Origin: Spirochaetia bacterium
GTDB taxonomy: Bacteria; Spirochaetota; Spirochaetia; SZUA-6; Bin103
Length of the DNA stretch: 64,000 bases
NCBI GenBank assembly: GCA_965208575.1
Contig: CBDBOV010000005.1
Location: forward strand, 608,001-672,000
Direction of reading: 5' to 3'
The notes under the pieces are model-generated. The model did not search any database and was not told the DNA's origin. It was given only the letters and a program-made list of their open reading frames with translations. Both the position numbers and the translations under genes were made by a program. Below, piece by piece: positions 50,909 to 61,538 of the stretch. Within the stretch, counting starts at the first letter, position 1. The number at the start of each line of letters is the position of its first letter.

Positions 50909-51460
50909 ATGGCCGAGATCGCCAACGTTGGCAGGTTTCTGAGCGACAACAAGATGATCTGGGAGCGTCGGTTGTCGGCGCCGCCGGAGCGTCTGTGGGA
51001 CGCGATTTCCACCAGGGACGGACTGCGCCGCTGGTTCATGCCGACCCGGTTCGAGATAGAGGTGCATGGGCGGTTCTCGTTCGACGGCGGCTGGCAAGGC
51101 ACCGTGTCGGAAGCCCGGCCGCTCCGTTACATACAGTTCGATGTGGACGGTGGCAGCGGAGCGTTTCTTCGGTTCGAGATGCGGCCTGGCAACGGCGCGA
51201 ATACCTTTGCGCTGATAGACCGGATGGGCGATGGCGTGGATGCGAACAACTGGCCGGACGCGCCGGCGCATCGGCGCCATCAGCCTGGTGGCCCCGGTAC
51301 CCACTGGAGTGGAGTAGCCGCAGGATACCACGGCTTCGTGGACGGGCTCGAAGACCATCTCTCCGGTGGCAACGTTTCGTCAGACTATGACGAGTTGTGC
51401 AGGGCATACCAGCGGGTACTCGACGCTCGTTTTGGACCTGAACACTACATCAGATACTAG
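50909..51460 (+). CDS. SRPBCC/AHA1-like domain protein
   Basis: ERRLSAPPERLWDAIS...LRRWF; AAGYHGFVDGL; GAGGAG RBS. Confidence 0.8.
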   Translation: MAEIANVGRFLSDNKMIWERRLSAPPERLWDAISTRDGLRRWFMPTRFEIEVHGRFSFDGGWQGTVSEARPLRYIQFDVDGGSGAFLRFEMRPGNGANTFALIDRMGDGVDANNWPDAPAHRRHQPGGPGTHWSGVAAGYHGFVDGLEDHLSGGNVSSDYDELCRAYQRVLDARFGPEHYIRY

Positions 51461-51593
51461 CAGCCCGCCCGCATCCCGAGAGCACGCAGGTCGGCCACGA
51501 TCGATGCCTCGGTCACCAGACGGTCACGTTCCCCGGCACGGGTCGTCAGAACTCAGGACGCGTTCCTCGCCTCGGCGGCGGTCGCAGTCCGGC

Positions 51594-53222
51594 TCACAGC
51601 CATGCTCCGCCCCAGGCCAGCAGCGCGCTGAACCCGGCGGCCGCCACAACCTGACGACCCACCAGCCGCAGCGCGAACGCGCTGCCCTGCTCGCGCGCAA
51701 TCGTAAGGCAGGTGACCAGGCAAGGCAGCAGCACGCCGGCGAGGTAGACGGCCGTCAACAGTTGCACGGCGCCGAGGCTTGCGGCGACGCCGGGCTCCGC
51801 CAGCAGCAGGATGCCGTCCTTGCGCACGCTCGCCAGGATCACCGCCAGCGCCGCCTCCGGGGGCAATCGAAAGGCGGCCATCGCCGGCTCGACGACGGCC
51901 GACGCAGCTTGCAGCGCGCCCAGCCAGTGCAACAGGGACGCCGCGGCCGTGATCAGAAAGAAGATCGGCAAGGCACTGCGAAAGAACTCCCGAACGACGC
52001 CCTGCGCCTCCAGCCAGACGGTCCGCGGGCGCGGCCACGTCAAGAACACCCCGCCCGCCGTCAACCGCACATCGACGGGGAAACGAGCTGCCCGCGGCGC
52101 GATCAGGCGGGCGTAGGCGAGCGTGGTGGCGCCAAGATAGAGCAGATAGGGTACGATCAACCCGGATCGTCCGGCCGCCGCGAAGACCGCCAGCGTGGCT
52201 CCCAACTGGTACGAACAGGCCGAACCGAAAGCGATGGACGAGACGCACACGCCGCGCGAGCAGACCGGCGACGAGCGCGCGCTGATCACGGCGGGCACGT
52301 TGCAGCCGAAACCCATCACCACCCGCGCCAACTCCCGGCCCGTCATGCCGAACGGCCGCAGCCACGGATTCATGGCGGCGGTCAGGCGGTCGAGCAGGCC
52401 GCTCGCCTTGTACGCACCCATCAGCAGCGCATGGAGCACGACCACCGGAGTCGCCCACACCACCAGCAGCGGCCCCATCGTGACCACGCCGTAGTCGCCG
52501 GCCAGGATCTCGGCAAGCGGCTGCGGCCAGCTTGTCAGCAGCCCGGCCAGCGGCGCCGCCCGGGCGCGCACCCAGGGATCGATTCGATCCGCGAGGCCGG
52601 TCGCGGTGTGCACCGCGACCCAGGCGGGCGTCAACAACAGCAGCAGCGCCCAGAGCGGCGCGAGCGCGGCGCGCTCCAGGAAGAGGCGGCGCGGACGGAC
52701 GATCAGATCGGCGAAGCTCAAACCGGCCTCGGCGGGGATCGCGCCGGGCGCTTCCAGCGCCTGCATCAGCCTGCGGCGATCGTTGGCGTCCAGCCGGCGC
52801 GCGTCCACGGCGACCGCCGGCAGACCGGTGCGCAGCGACAACTCGCCGAGCCGCGCCTCCATCTCCGCCCGCGCGAGTCGGTCGCGAAGGGTCACCACCA
52901 GTGCGCCGGGCCGTCCTGCTGCGAGCGGCAGCAGGTCGGCCAGGTCCACGTCCAGCTCGGTTCCCTGGGCGACCAGGAGTACGGGATCGTCGCCGCCCAG
53001 CCGCGCCAGGGCTCGCCGGGTGGTCTCACCATCGGAGCTGCGCAGCAGCCCCGGTGTGTCGATCAGCTCCCAGTCGTCCACCCGGTAGGAGTCGCAGCCG
53101 ACGGTGGCGCCCCGGTAGTTCGAGGCAGCGCTCGGCGCACCCGCGAGCGATGCCGCCAGTTGCGTCTTGCCGACGTTTTCCCTACCCAGCAGAACCGCGG
53201 TTCGAGTTGCCGTGCGGAGCAC
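51594..53222 (-). CDS. FeoB-like GTPase/gate-domain membrane protein
   Basis: GRENVGKT, SNYRGAT, IDTPG, MGFGCNVPA, ACSYQ, LLPCLVT. Confidence 0.85.
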   Translation of the reverse strand: MLRTATRTAVLLGRENVGKTQLAASLAGAPSAASNYRGATVGCDSYRVDDWELIDTPGLLRSSDGETTRRALARLGGDDPVLLVAQGTELDVDLADLLPLAAGRPGALVVTLRDRLARAEMEARLGELSLRTGLPAVAVDARRLDANDRRRLMQALEAPGAIPAEAGLSFADLIVRPRRLFLERAALAPLWALLLLLTPAWVAVHTATGLADRIDPWVRARAAPLAGLLTSWPQPLAEILAGDYGVVTMGPLLVVWATPVVVLHALLMGAYKASGLLDRLTAAMNPWLRPFGMTGRELARVVMGFGCNVPAVISARSSPVCSRGVCVSSIAFGSACSYQLGATLAVFAAAGRSGLIVPYLLYLGATTLAYARLIAPRAARFPVDVRLTAGGVFLTWPRPRTVWLEAQGVVREFFRSALPIFFLITAAASLLHWLGALQAASAVVEPAMAAFRLPPEAALAVILASVRKDGILLLAEPGVAASLGAVQLLTAVYLAGVLLPCLVTCLTIAREQGSAFALRLVGRQVVAAAGFSALLAWGGAWL

Positions 53223-53234
53223 CTCACGGCTCCT

Positions 53235-54362
53235 TCAGCACACGCAGTCATCGCCGCAGCACGACAGGTCGTCGAGGTACATTCCGTGGCGGCGGTACTC
53301 CTCGAGCGGCTTCGCGCTGACCCGCAGGCGGCGTGCGATCTGGTTGGCCACCACGGCGAAGCGCTGGCGGAACTTGTAGATGAAACAGAAGATCACCTCG
53401 CTCTGGCGCACCTGCGGCCCGACCAGGAACAGCCCTCTCGTCACGGTGGACTCGTCCTCTTCCGTCAGCAGCGGAAAACCGTCATCTCGCCAATCGAACA
53501 GCGGGCCAACGAGGCTTGCCGAACCGACGAATCCGGAGGCCAGGATCGGCTTCTCGGTGCAGTGGACGACTTCGCCGTCCTCGAGCGCCAACTGGTAGCC
53601 GTGATCCTTGCGGCGGACGTCGATCACCGTGCAGCCGCCGCGCAGCGTGACCCGACCCGAGTCAACGGCCGAATCCAGACGCGCCTTCGTAAACGGCGCC
53701 AGGAGTTGGCTGGGGTCGGGACCGATTCGCTCCCACGGCTCCTCGCGGTCGAACACGACGGCTCGCCGGCCGGCGGCGGCCAGCGCGACGGCGGCGTCGG
53801 CGCCGCTCTCGGAGCCGCCGATGATGCATCTCTCGTCGCCGCCGAGATCGTCCCATGAGGCCACCCTGGAGTTGTGCAGGCAAAGCTCGGCTCCGCGGAA
53901 GCCGTTGGTGCGCGGGTATTGCATTTCGCCGCCCGCCCACACCACGAACCGCGCGCGGACGTCGCCGCGACTGGTCTGCACGCGAAACCCCTTGTGCCGG
54001 GTTCCCGTGGCGACCGAGAGAACGTCGACCCCGGACTCGACGGGCAGGTCGAAATAGTTCGCAACGCCTTGCAGGTAGCCGGCGTACTCCGCGCCAGTGG
54101 GGTGCTCGACGCCGAGCGAGTAAGCCGGCGAGGTGTGCGGACAGACGGTGTTCAGGTCGAGGACGCCGAACTGGTTGCTGTTGAACGACGGCGTGATGAA
54201 GCGCGTTTGCCGGGGCCAGCGCAGGAATGAAGCGCCGACATCGGAGCGGTCGAGGATCACGAAGTTGTCGATTCCGACGTGGCGAAGCGTCACGCCAAGG
54301 CCGACACCCGCGGCGCCGGCGCCGACCACAACAACGTCGAAGGATCGGGCTTCCTTCGTCAT
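53235..54362 (-). CDS. NAD(P)/FAD-dependent oxidoreductase (CzcO/FMO-like) with a Cys-rich tail
   Basis: VVGAGAAG, IIGGSESG, FCFIYKFRQRF, C-terminal DDLSCCGDDCVC. Confidence 0.85.
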   Translation of the reverse strand: MTKEARSFDVVVVGAGAAGVGLGVTLRHVGIDNFVILDRSDVGASFLRWPRQTRFITPSFNSNQFGVLDLNTVCPHTSPAYSLGVEHPTGAEYAGYLQGVANYFDLPVESGVDVLSVATGTRHKGFRVQTSRGDVRARFVVWAGGEMQYPRTNGFRGAELCLHNSRVASWDDLGGDERCIIGGSESGADAAVALAAAGRRAVVFDREEPWERIGPDPSQLLAPFTKARLDSAVDSGRVTLRGGCTVIDVRRKDHGYQLALEDGEVVHCTEKPILASGFVGSASLVGPLFDWRDDGFPLLTEEDESTVTRGLFLVGPQVRQSEVIFCFIYKFRQRFAVVANQIARRLRVSAKPLEEYRRHGMYLDDLSCCGDDCVC

Positions 54363-54491
54363 CGGCTCACCTGAACCGTTTCGCGTCCGCCGCGGCGTAG
54401 CTCGCCATCGCGCGGTCGAGGGCAGATCGAAGTGGCCACCGTACGACCAGTCGAGAGCTTCGGGGGCAGATGCATGACGCCCGCAATATAG

Positions 54492-54519
54492 TGTTATTGA
54501 TAATGCCGCATCAATAACA
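54492..54519. promoter_or_regulatory. Palindromic operator, Fur/Zur-like
   Basis: Perfect 10-bp IR TGTTATTGAT-N8-ATCAATAACA in an AT-rich divergent intergenic region. Confidence 0.6.
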
Positions 54520-54617
54520 ACAAGCAGCGCCCATGCAGTGCCCATGAGTTGTCGGCACCGAGCTGGGGCAAGGTGGTGCGCTTGACCGGCGGCGGGGGCT
54601 TGTCTACAACAGGCGGC

Positions 54618-55565
54618 ATGTTGATCGGTAAGGCCGGATGCGCGGGCGTCTCCATCGGGCAGGTGGTGGATCAGTTGTGCGCCAACCCGGTGGTGGCGGC
54701 GCGCCAGGCGGCGGGCGTCGGGTTCGAGCCGCCGTCGCGTACGGCGCTCATCGACGTGCTGGAAGGGCTGCGCTCCGCCCTGTTTCCCGGCTACTTCGGC
54801 CTGGTGCAGATGACCGAGGGCCTCAGCTTCCACATCGGCTCGATCCTGGAGGAAAAGCTGCGCCACCTGCAGGAGCAGATCCTGCGCGGCCTGGTGTTCG
54901 CGCACTGGGCCGAGGCGGGCTCTCCGGAACAACTGCGCGACCAGAACGAGGCGCGCGCCGCAGCCGCAACGCGCCACCTGCTGACCCGCCTGCCGGATTT
55001 GCAGCGGCTCGTGCTTCTGGACGTGGAGGCAGCCTATGCCGGCGACCCCGCGGCGACCAGCCGCGACGAGATCATTTTCAGCTACCCCGGCGTGCAGGCG
55101 ATCATCCAGCACCGCATCGCCCACGAGCTCTACCTGCTGCATATCCCGCTGATCCCGCGCATCATGAGCGAGCACGCGCACAGCGTTACCGGCATCGACA
55201 TCCATCCCGGCGCCACTATCGGCGAGCGCTTCTTCATCGACCACGGCACCGGCGTGGTGATCGGCGAGACCTGCGAGATCGGGTGCAACGTGCGCGTCTA
55301 CCAGGGCGCCACGCTCGGTGCCAAGAGCTTCCCGCTCGACGCCCACGGCCAGCCGATCAAGGGCGTGCCGCGCCACCCGATCGTGGAGGACGACGTGATC
55401 ATCTACTCCGGCGCCACCATTCTCGGCCGCACCCGCCTCGGCAGGGGGGCGATCATCGGCGCCAACGCCTGGGTCACCCGCGACGTCGATGCCGGCGCCA
55501 TCGTGACCCGCTACCACGGCGAGTCGGGCGACCTGCGCGTGGAGGCGCCGGCCACCGATGGCTGA
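54618..55565 (+). CDS. cysE: Serine O-acetyltransferase (EpsC/CysE type)
   Basis: GDPAA, SYPG, TGIDIHPGATIG, FFIDHGTGVVIGET, RHP. Confidence 0.92.
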   Translation: MLIGKAGCAGVSIGQVVDQLCANPVVAARQAAGVGFEPPSRTALIDVLEGLRSALFPGYFGLVQMTEGLSFHIGSILEEKLRHLQEQILRGLVFAHWAEAGSPEQLRDQNEARAAAATRHLLTRLPDLQRLVLLDVEAAYAGDPAATSRDEIIFSYPGVQAIIQHRIAHELYLLHIPLIPRIMSEHAHSVTGIDIHPGATIGERFFIDHGTGVVIGETCEIGCNVRVYQGATLGAKSFPLDAHGQPIKGVPRHPIVEDDVIIYSGATILGRTRLGRGAIIGANAWVTRDVDAGAIVTRYHGESGDLRVEAPATDG

Positions 55566-56535
55566 CGGCGCGCCGGTGTTCGTGGTCGGGTCGATCAACA
55601 CCGACCTGGTGGCGTACGTGGAGCGGTTGCCGGCCCCGGGTGAGACACTGTTCGGCGAGCGGTTCGCGCAGTTCGCCGGCGGCAAGGGAGCAAACCAGGC
55701 GGTGGCCGCCGCCCGCGCCGGCGCCGCGGTCTCCTTTCACGGTGCCGTCGGCGACGACGCCTTCGGGCACGCCGGACGGGCCGGCCTGCGGCAGGACGGG
55801 ATAGCGGTCGACGGCCTCCTGACCCTGCCGGAGCACGCCTCCGGCCTGGCGCTGATCCTGGTCGACCGGCAGGGCGAAAACGAGATCGTGGTTGTGCCGG
55901 GCGCCAACGTGCAGTTCGACGCCGGCCAGGTGGCGGCGCCCCCGGCGGCGCCGGCGGTCCTGTTGCTGCAGAACGAGATTGCGCCCGCGACCTCGCTCGT
56001 CTGTGCGCGGCGCTGGCACGCCGCCGCGGCCCGCGTGGTATGGAACCCGGCCCCGGCGCCGGCGGCGCCCGTGCCCCCCGACGTCCTGGCCGCCGCCGAA
56101 TTCATCGTGGTCAACGAGGTGGAGCTGGCGGCGCTGGCGGGCGTCACGGCGGCAACCGGGATGGCGCCGCTCGCCGCTCGCGCCGCCGGCTTCATGTCGG
56201 ACGACGGGGCGGCGCTGCGCAACCTGGTGGTCACCATGGGAGCCGACGGCTGCCTGTGGGCACGCCGTGACGGTTCCGGGACCGTGGTATTGCACCGCCA
56301 ACCCGCGCTGCCGGTCACCGCGGTCGACACCGTCGGAGCCGGCGACTGCTTCTGTGGCGTGTTCGCGGCGACCCTCGCCGCCGGCGCAACTCCCGCCGCG
56401 GCGCTGCACCGCGCCACCGCCGCGGCCGCGCTCGCGGTCCAGCGGCGCGGCGCACAGCCGTCGATGCCGCCGGCGGACGAGATCGCGGACTCGATGCGCA
56501 GGCTGCCGCTCGGGGGCGTGGTCGCCGCGCCGTGA
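55558..56535 (+). CDS. rbsK: Ribokinase / PfkB family kinase
   Basis: GGKGANQAVAAAR, VNEVE, DTVGAGDCF. Confidence 0.88.
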   Translation: MADGAPVFVVGSINTDLVAYVERLPAPGETLFGERFAQFAGGKGANQAVAAARAGAAVSFHGAVGDDAFGHAGRAGLRQDGIAVDGLLTLPEHASGLALILVDRQGENEIVVVPGANVQFDAGQVAAPPAAPAVLLLQNEIAPATSLVCARRWHAAAARVVWNPAPAPAAPVPPDVLAAAEFIVVNEVELAALAGVTAATGMAPLAARAAGFMSDDGAALRNLVVTMGADGCLWARRDGSGTVVLHRQPALPVTAVDTVGAGDCFCGVFAATLAAGATPAAALHRATAAAALAVQRRGAQPSMPPADEIADSMRRLPLGGVVAAP

Positions 56536-56866
56536 GCCGAATGCGCCGCGGCCACCCGGAGCGCCGGCGGCGCCGGGTTGGCGCCGCCGGCGCTGTTCCG
56601 CTATGCTGTTGCCGGCGCCCCACGTTCGACGGCGTGCGCGCCGGATGCGCGCCGGTTGTTGCAATCGCCGTGTTTATTACCTATATATTACCGGGGCAGC
56701 GGATGCACCGCGCGAATGGCGCGCGTGCGACAGCCGCCGCACCGTCGATCACCTGACGTGAAACTTCGTGATTAGCAGGTATCAGCGACAGACCGTACCG
56801 GCAGCGGCGCGCATGCCGTCCGGAGCCGGCGTGCTGCCGCCATGCCGCCGGCGCAGAGAGGAGTGA

Positions 56867-58213
56867 ATGGCAACGATCAAGCTCAAACGGGGATACGACA
56901 TTCCTCTTGAGGGGGTCGCCGCCGCTGCGGTCGCGGACGCACCGGCGCCGACGACCGTGGCCATCAAACCGCGCGACTTCCACGGCCTGATCGCGCGGCT
57001 CGACATCGATGAGGGCGACTCGGTCAGGGTCGGCACTCCGCTGTTCCATGACAAGACGTTTACCGACGTACTGTTCACCTCGCCGGTGAGCGGCATGGTG
57101 GTCAACGTCAACCGCGGCGCCCGCCGCGCCATCGAGGAGGTGATCGTTCGCCTCGACGGCGGCAGCGGCGCCGACACCTTCGAGGTGCCGGGGCCGTCCG
57201 CCGGCCGCGACGCCGTGCTCGCCGCGCTGCTGCGTTCGGGCCTGTTTCCGTTTCTCGTGCAGCGCCCGCTGGCGCGGCTGGCCGACCCCACCGCCACGCC
57301 GCGCGACATCTTCGTTGCCGTGCACGACACCGCTCCCCTGGCGGCGCGCTCGGACATGCTGCTGGCCGGCCGCGAGGCGCACTTCGCCGCCGGCATCGCC
57401 GCGCTGGCCGCGCTGACCCCCGGTACCGTGCACGTTTGCATCGGCCCCGACACGCCGCCGCTGCCCGACCTGTCGGCGATCGGCAACGTGCAGGTGAACA
57501 CCTTCGTGGGGCCGCATCCATCCGGCAACGCCGGCGTTCACATTCACCACCTGGCGCCGATCAGCGGGCGCGGAGACGTGGTGTGGACCTGCTGCCTGAA
57601 GGGCGTGCTGATGATCGGCGCCCTGTTCGCGACCGGCGCTATCGATCCGACCGTGACCGTGGCGGTGGCCGGTTCGGCGGTCCCCGATCCGTGCTACTTG
57701 CGCACCGTGCACGGTGCCCAGGTCGACGTTCTCGGCGGCGATCTGGCCGACGACCAGGTGCGCTTCATCTCCGGCAACCCGCTCACCGGGCGCCAGATCA
57801 CTCCGGCCGGCTACCTGGGTTTTTTCGACAGTTCGCTCACCGTGCTGCCGGAGGTGGTGGAACCGGAGTTGCTTGGCTGGGTGCTGCCGGGATTCAAGGC
57901 CGGCAGCCGCTCGCGCACCTTTCTGTCGTCCTGGCTGGCGCGGTCGCGTCCGGTGCGCAAGCATACCGGCCTGCACGGCGGCGAGCGGGCGTTCATCGCC
58001 ACCGGCATCTACCGCGAGGTGCTGCCGATCGACGTGCACCCGGAATTCCTGATGAAGAGCATCATGGCCGAGGACATCCCGGAGATGGAGGGCCTCGGCA
58101 TCCACGAGATCGCGGAGGAAGATGTCGCGCTGTGCGAGTACATCTGCCCGTCCAAGATCGAGTGGCAACAGATTACCCGGCGCGGGCTCGACTTCATCGA
58201 GCGCGAAACGTAG
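56867..58213 (+). CDS. nqrA: Na+-translocating NADH:quinone reductase subunit A
   Basis: IKLKRGYDIPLEG, FTSPVSG, GPHPSGN, EEDVALCEYICPSK. Confidence 0.95.
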   Translation: MATIKLKRGYDIPLEGVAAAAVADAPAPTTVAIKPRDFHGLIARLDIDEGDSVRVGTPLFHDKTFTDVLFTSPVSGMVVNVNRGARRAIEEVIVRLDGGSGADTFEVPGPSAGRDAVLAALLRSGLFPFLVQRPLARLADPTATPRDIFVAVHDTAPLAARSDMLLAGREAHFAAGIAALAALTPGTVHVCIGPDTPPLPDLSAIGNVQVNTFVGPHPSGNAGVHIHHLAPISGRGDVVWTCCLKGVLMIGALFATGAIDPTVTVAVAGSAVPDPCYLRTVHGAQVDVLGGDLADDQVRFISGNPLTGRQITPAGYLGFFDSSLTVLPEVVEPELLGWVLPGFKAGSRSRTFLSSWLARSRPVRKHTGLHGGERAFIATGIYREVLPIDVHPEFLMKSIMAEDIPEMEGLGIHEIAEEDVALCEYICPSKIEWQQITRRGLDFIERET

Positions 58214-58243
58214 GCGGCGGATTCTCGGAGCCGGAGGAGCAGG

Positions 58244-59476
58244 ATGGACGTGCAGCAGTTGCTGAAGGGGTTGTTGGAGCGGGTCGAACCGCTGTTCGAA
58301 AAGGGCGGCAAGCTGGAGAAACTGTATCCGGCGTACGATGCGTTCGCGACCCTGGCGTTCGTGCTGCCGAACCGTACCCACGCCGGCGCTCACATCCGCG
58401 ACGACTTCGACTCCAAGCGGATGATGGTGACGGTGATCTTCGCCCTTATCCCGTGCACGCTGGTGGGCATCTTCAACATCGGCTACCAGCGCCTGCTTGC
58501 GGAGTGCGGCGTGTCGGGTGCCGACGTGTGCGCGATGGGGGTCAGCTTCACGTTCGTGCAGGCGGTCGTGCAGGGGCTGATTCGCTTCCTGCCGATCCTG
58601 ATCGTCACCTATGCCGTCGGGCTGGGCTGGGAGTTCCTGTTCGCGGTGATCCGCCGCCACGAGGTGAGCGAGGGGTTCCTGGTTTCCGGATTCCTGGTTG
58701 CGCTGATCGTGCCGCCGAGCATCCCGCTGTGGCAGCTCGCGGTGGCCACCACGTTCGGCGTGATCATCGGCAAGGAGATCTTCGGCGGCACCGGCATGAA
58801 CATCTTCAACCCGGCGCTGGTGGTGCGCGCGTTCCTGTTCTTCGCCTACCCGGCGCAGATCTCCGGCGACCGGGTGTGGGTGGCCCTGGACGGCTACGCG
58901 GCGGCGTCGCCGCTGGCGGTGGTCGCCGAGGGTGCCGAAGCGCCGATCGTCGACGTGCTCGCCGCGCAGGGCGTAACCTGGCTGAACTCGTTCGTCGGGC
59001 TGATCCCCGGCAGCATCGGGGAGACCTCGACGCTGGCGATCCTGCTCGGCATCGGACTGCTGCTGATTACCGGGGTCGGCAGTTGGCGCATCATGGTCTC
59101 GATGCTGGCCGGCGGCGTGCTGATGGCCGCCATCCTGAATCTCGCCGCCCCCCACCCGGGCCACTTCCTGGCGCTTCCGATACACTATCACCTGACGCTG
59201 GGCGGCTTCGCTTTCGGTCTCGCCTACATGGCCACCGATCCGGTGTCCGCGTCCGCCACCGACACCGGCAAGCTGATTTACGGGTTCCTGTGCGGCGTGC
59301 TGTCGATCCTGGTGCGCATACTGAACCCGGCGTTCCCGGAAGGGGTGATGCTCGCTATCCTGTTCATGAACATGTTTGCGCCGCTGATCGATCACTTCGT
59401 GGTGCGCTCCAACGTCAAGAAGCGGCTGGCGCGCGCCGCGCTGCCGGCAGCGGCGGGCGCACGGGTCACGGAGTAA
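58244..59476 (+). CDS. nqrB: NQR subunit B
   Basis: DSKRMM, KEIFGGTG, PGSIGETS, MATDPVS. Confidence 0.95.
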   Translation: MDVQQLLKGLLERVEPLFEKGGKLEKLYPAYDAFATLAFVLPNRTHAGAHIRDDFDSKRMMVTVIFALIPCTLVGIFNIGYQRLLAECGVSGADVCAMGVSFTFVQAVVQGLIRFLPILIVTYAVGLGWEFLFAVIRRHEVSEGFLVSGFLVALIVPPSIPLWQLAVATTFGVIIGKEIFGGTGMNIFNPALVVRAFLFFAYPAQISGDRVWVALDGYAAASPLAVVAEGAEAPIVDVLAAQGVTWLNSFVGLIPGSIGETSTLAILLGIGLLLITGVGSWRIMVSMLAGGVLMAAILNLAAPHPGHFLALPIHYHLTLGGFAFGLAYMATDPVSASATDTGKLIYGFLCGVLSILVRILNPAFPEGVMLAILFMNMFAPLIDHFVVRSNVKKRLARAALPAAAGARVTE

Positions 59477-59482
59477 CGAACG

Positions 59483-60229
59483 GTGAATCGCAGCAAACTC
59501 TATTCGGTGGTGTTCGTCCTGATCATCACGGTGTTCTGGGGCTTCGTGCTCTCCTTCGCCGCGACCTCGCTGCGCGAGCCGCAGCAGGCCAACGAGAAGC
59601 TGAACATGCGCACCAACATCCTGGTGGCACTCGGCCTGGTCGATCGCGACAACGACCTCGCCGACGAGGCGCTCAACGAGATCTACGACGAATCGGTGAA
59701 GAGCTTCCTGGTCGACCACGAGGGAAACGAAATTCCCGGCTCCAGCGCCGAGGGGGTGGACCTCGAGGAAGAGTTGGACAACCCGGATCCGGCCGCGTGG
59801 CGGCTGCCCGTATTCGTTGGCACCAAGGACGGCAACACGGTGTACGCCATCCCGGTGTTCGGCAAGGGCCTGTGGTCAACCCTGTACGGCTACCTGGCCT
59901 TGCAACAGGATCTCGACACCGTAGCCGGCATCACGTTCTACAAGCACGGCGAGACCGCCGGCCTCGGCGCCGAGATCGAGCAGGCCTGGTTCCAGGACAA
60001 CTTTGTTGGAAAGAAAGTATTCGAGGGCAACGAGATACGCTCCATCGAGGTGGTCAAGGGCAAGGTCGGCGACGTGTACTCCAACCCCGCCGACCACACC
60101 TACGCGGTGGACGGCATCAGCGGCGCGAGCATGACCGGGCGCGGCGTGACCGACCTGCTCGACGAAAAACTCAACATCTACGGACCCTACATCAGACGGG
60201 TACGAGCCGAGACGGCTCAGGGGAGGTAA
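59483..60229 (+). CDS. nqrC: NQR subunit C
   Basis: GKGLWS, HGETAGLG, VDGISGASMT flavinylation motif. Confidence 0.95.
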   Translation: MNRSKLYSVVFVLIITVFWGFVLSFAATSLREPQQANEKLNMRTNILVALGLVDRDNDLADEALNEIYDESVKSFLVDHEGNEIPGSSAEGVDLEEELDNPDPAAWRLPVFVGTKDGNTVYAIPVFGKGLWSTLYGYLALQQDLDTVAGITFYKHGETAGLGAEIEQAWFQDNFVGKKVFEGNEIRSIEVVKGKVGDVYSNPADHTYAVDGISGASMTGRGVTDLLDEKLNIYGPYIRRVRAETAQGR

Positions 60230-60232
60230 GGA

Positions 60233-60907
60233 ATGGCAGACCCGAAGGTACTCCCGGTAGCACCGGCCATAGAGCGCGAGCCGCTGTTCTCGCCGCAGAA
60301 CCGGACGGTGCTCAAGGATCCGCTGTCGGACAACAATCCCATCACCATCCAGGTGCTCGGCATCTGCTCCGCGCTGGCGGTGACCACGCAGGTAAAGCCG
60401 TCGCTGGTCATGGGGATCGCGGTGATCTTCGTACTGGTGTTTTCCAACCTGATCATCTCGCTGATGCGCAACCTGATTCCCAACAACGTGCGCATCATCG
60501 TGCAGATGACGGTGGTGGCGTCGCTGGTGGTGGTAGTGGACCAGGTGCTGAAGGCATACGCCTACGACGTGTCGCGGCAGCTCTCGGTGTTCGTGGCCCT
60601 GATCATCACCAACTGCATCATCATGGGCCGCCTGGAGGCGTTCGCGATGACCAACAAGCCGTGGCCGAGCGTGCTGGACGCCCTCGGCAACGGCCTCGGC
60701 TACGCCCTGGTGATCCTGGCCGTGGGCTTCTGCCGCGAACTGTTCGGCAGCGGCAAGATATTCGGGGTGCAGATCGTCCCGCACGCGCTGTACAACGCCG
60801 GCTACGTGGACAACGGGCTCATGGTGCTGGCACCGGGGGCGTTCATCCTGATGGGCCTGTTGATCTGGGCACAGCGCCGCATGAGCGGCTACGCCGAGGA
60901 GGCTTAG
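60233..60907 (+). CDS. nqrD: NQR subunit D
   Basis: [23 protein letters not shown]. Confidence 0.95.
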   Translation: MADPKVLPVAPAIEREPLFSPQNRTVLKDPLSDNNPITIQVLGICSALAVTTQVKPSLVMGIAVIFVLVFSNLIISLMRNLIPNNVRIIVQMTVVASLVVVVDQVLKAYAYDVSRQLSVFVALIITNCIIMGRLEAFAMTNKPWPSVLDALGNGLGYALVILAVGFCRELFGSGKIFGVQIVPHALYNAGYVDNGLMVLAPGAFILMGLLIWAQRRMSGYAEEA

Positions 60908-60910
60908 GCA

Positions 60911-61522
60911 ATGGAACTGGTAAACCTGGCGCTCAAGGCGATCTTCGTCGAGAACATTCTGCTCGCCTTCTTCCTGGGGATGTGCTCGTTCCTGGCGGTG
61001 TCCAAGCAGGTCAAGACCGCCATCGGCCTCGGCTTCGCGGTAATCTTCGTGCTCGGCATCACCGTGCCGATCAACTGGGTGGTGCACGAGTTCCTGCTCA
61101 AGTCGGGTTCCCTGGCCTGGGTCAGCCCGGCCATGGCGGAGGTCGACCTGAGCTTTCTCAACTTCATCGCCTTCATCGCGGTGATCGCCGCCATGGTGCA
61201 GTTGGTGGAGATGGTGATCGAGAAGACCTCCACCGGCCTGTATCACGCGCTCGGCATCTACCTGCCGCTGATCACCGTGAACTGCTCGATTCTCGGCGGA
61301 TCGCTGTTCATGGTGGAGCGCAGCTACTCGTTCAGCGAGTCGGTGGTGTTCGGCCTGTCCTCGGGCGTGGGCTGGGCACTCGCGATCATCGCGCTCGCTT
61401 CGATTCGGGAGAAGATCCGCTACTCCAACGTGCCGCCGGCGCTGCGCGGCCTGGGCATCACCATGCTGCTGACCGGCCTGATGTCGATCGGCTTCATGTC
61501 GTTCTCCGGCATCTCACTCTAG
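60911..61522 (+). CDS. nqrE: NQR subunit E
   Basis: [19 protein letters not shown]. Confidence 0.95.
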   Translation: MELVNLALKAIFVENILLAFFLGMCSFLAVSKQVKTAIGLGFAVIFVLGITVPINWVVHEFLLKSGSLAWVSPAMAEVDLSFLNFIAFIAVIAAMVQLVEMVIEKTSTGLYHALGIYLPLITVNCSILGGSLFMVERSYSFSESVVFGLSSGVGWALAIIALASIREKIRYSNVPPALRGLGITMLLTGLMSIGFMSFSGISL

Positions 61523-61538
61523 GGGGGACAGACGAACC

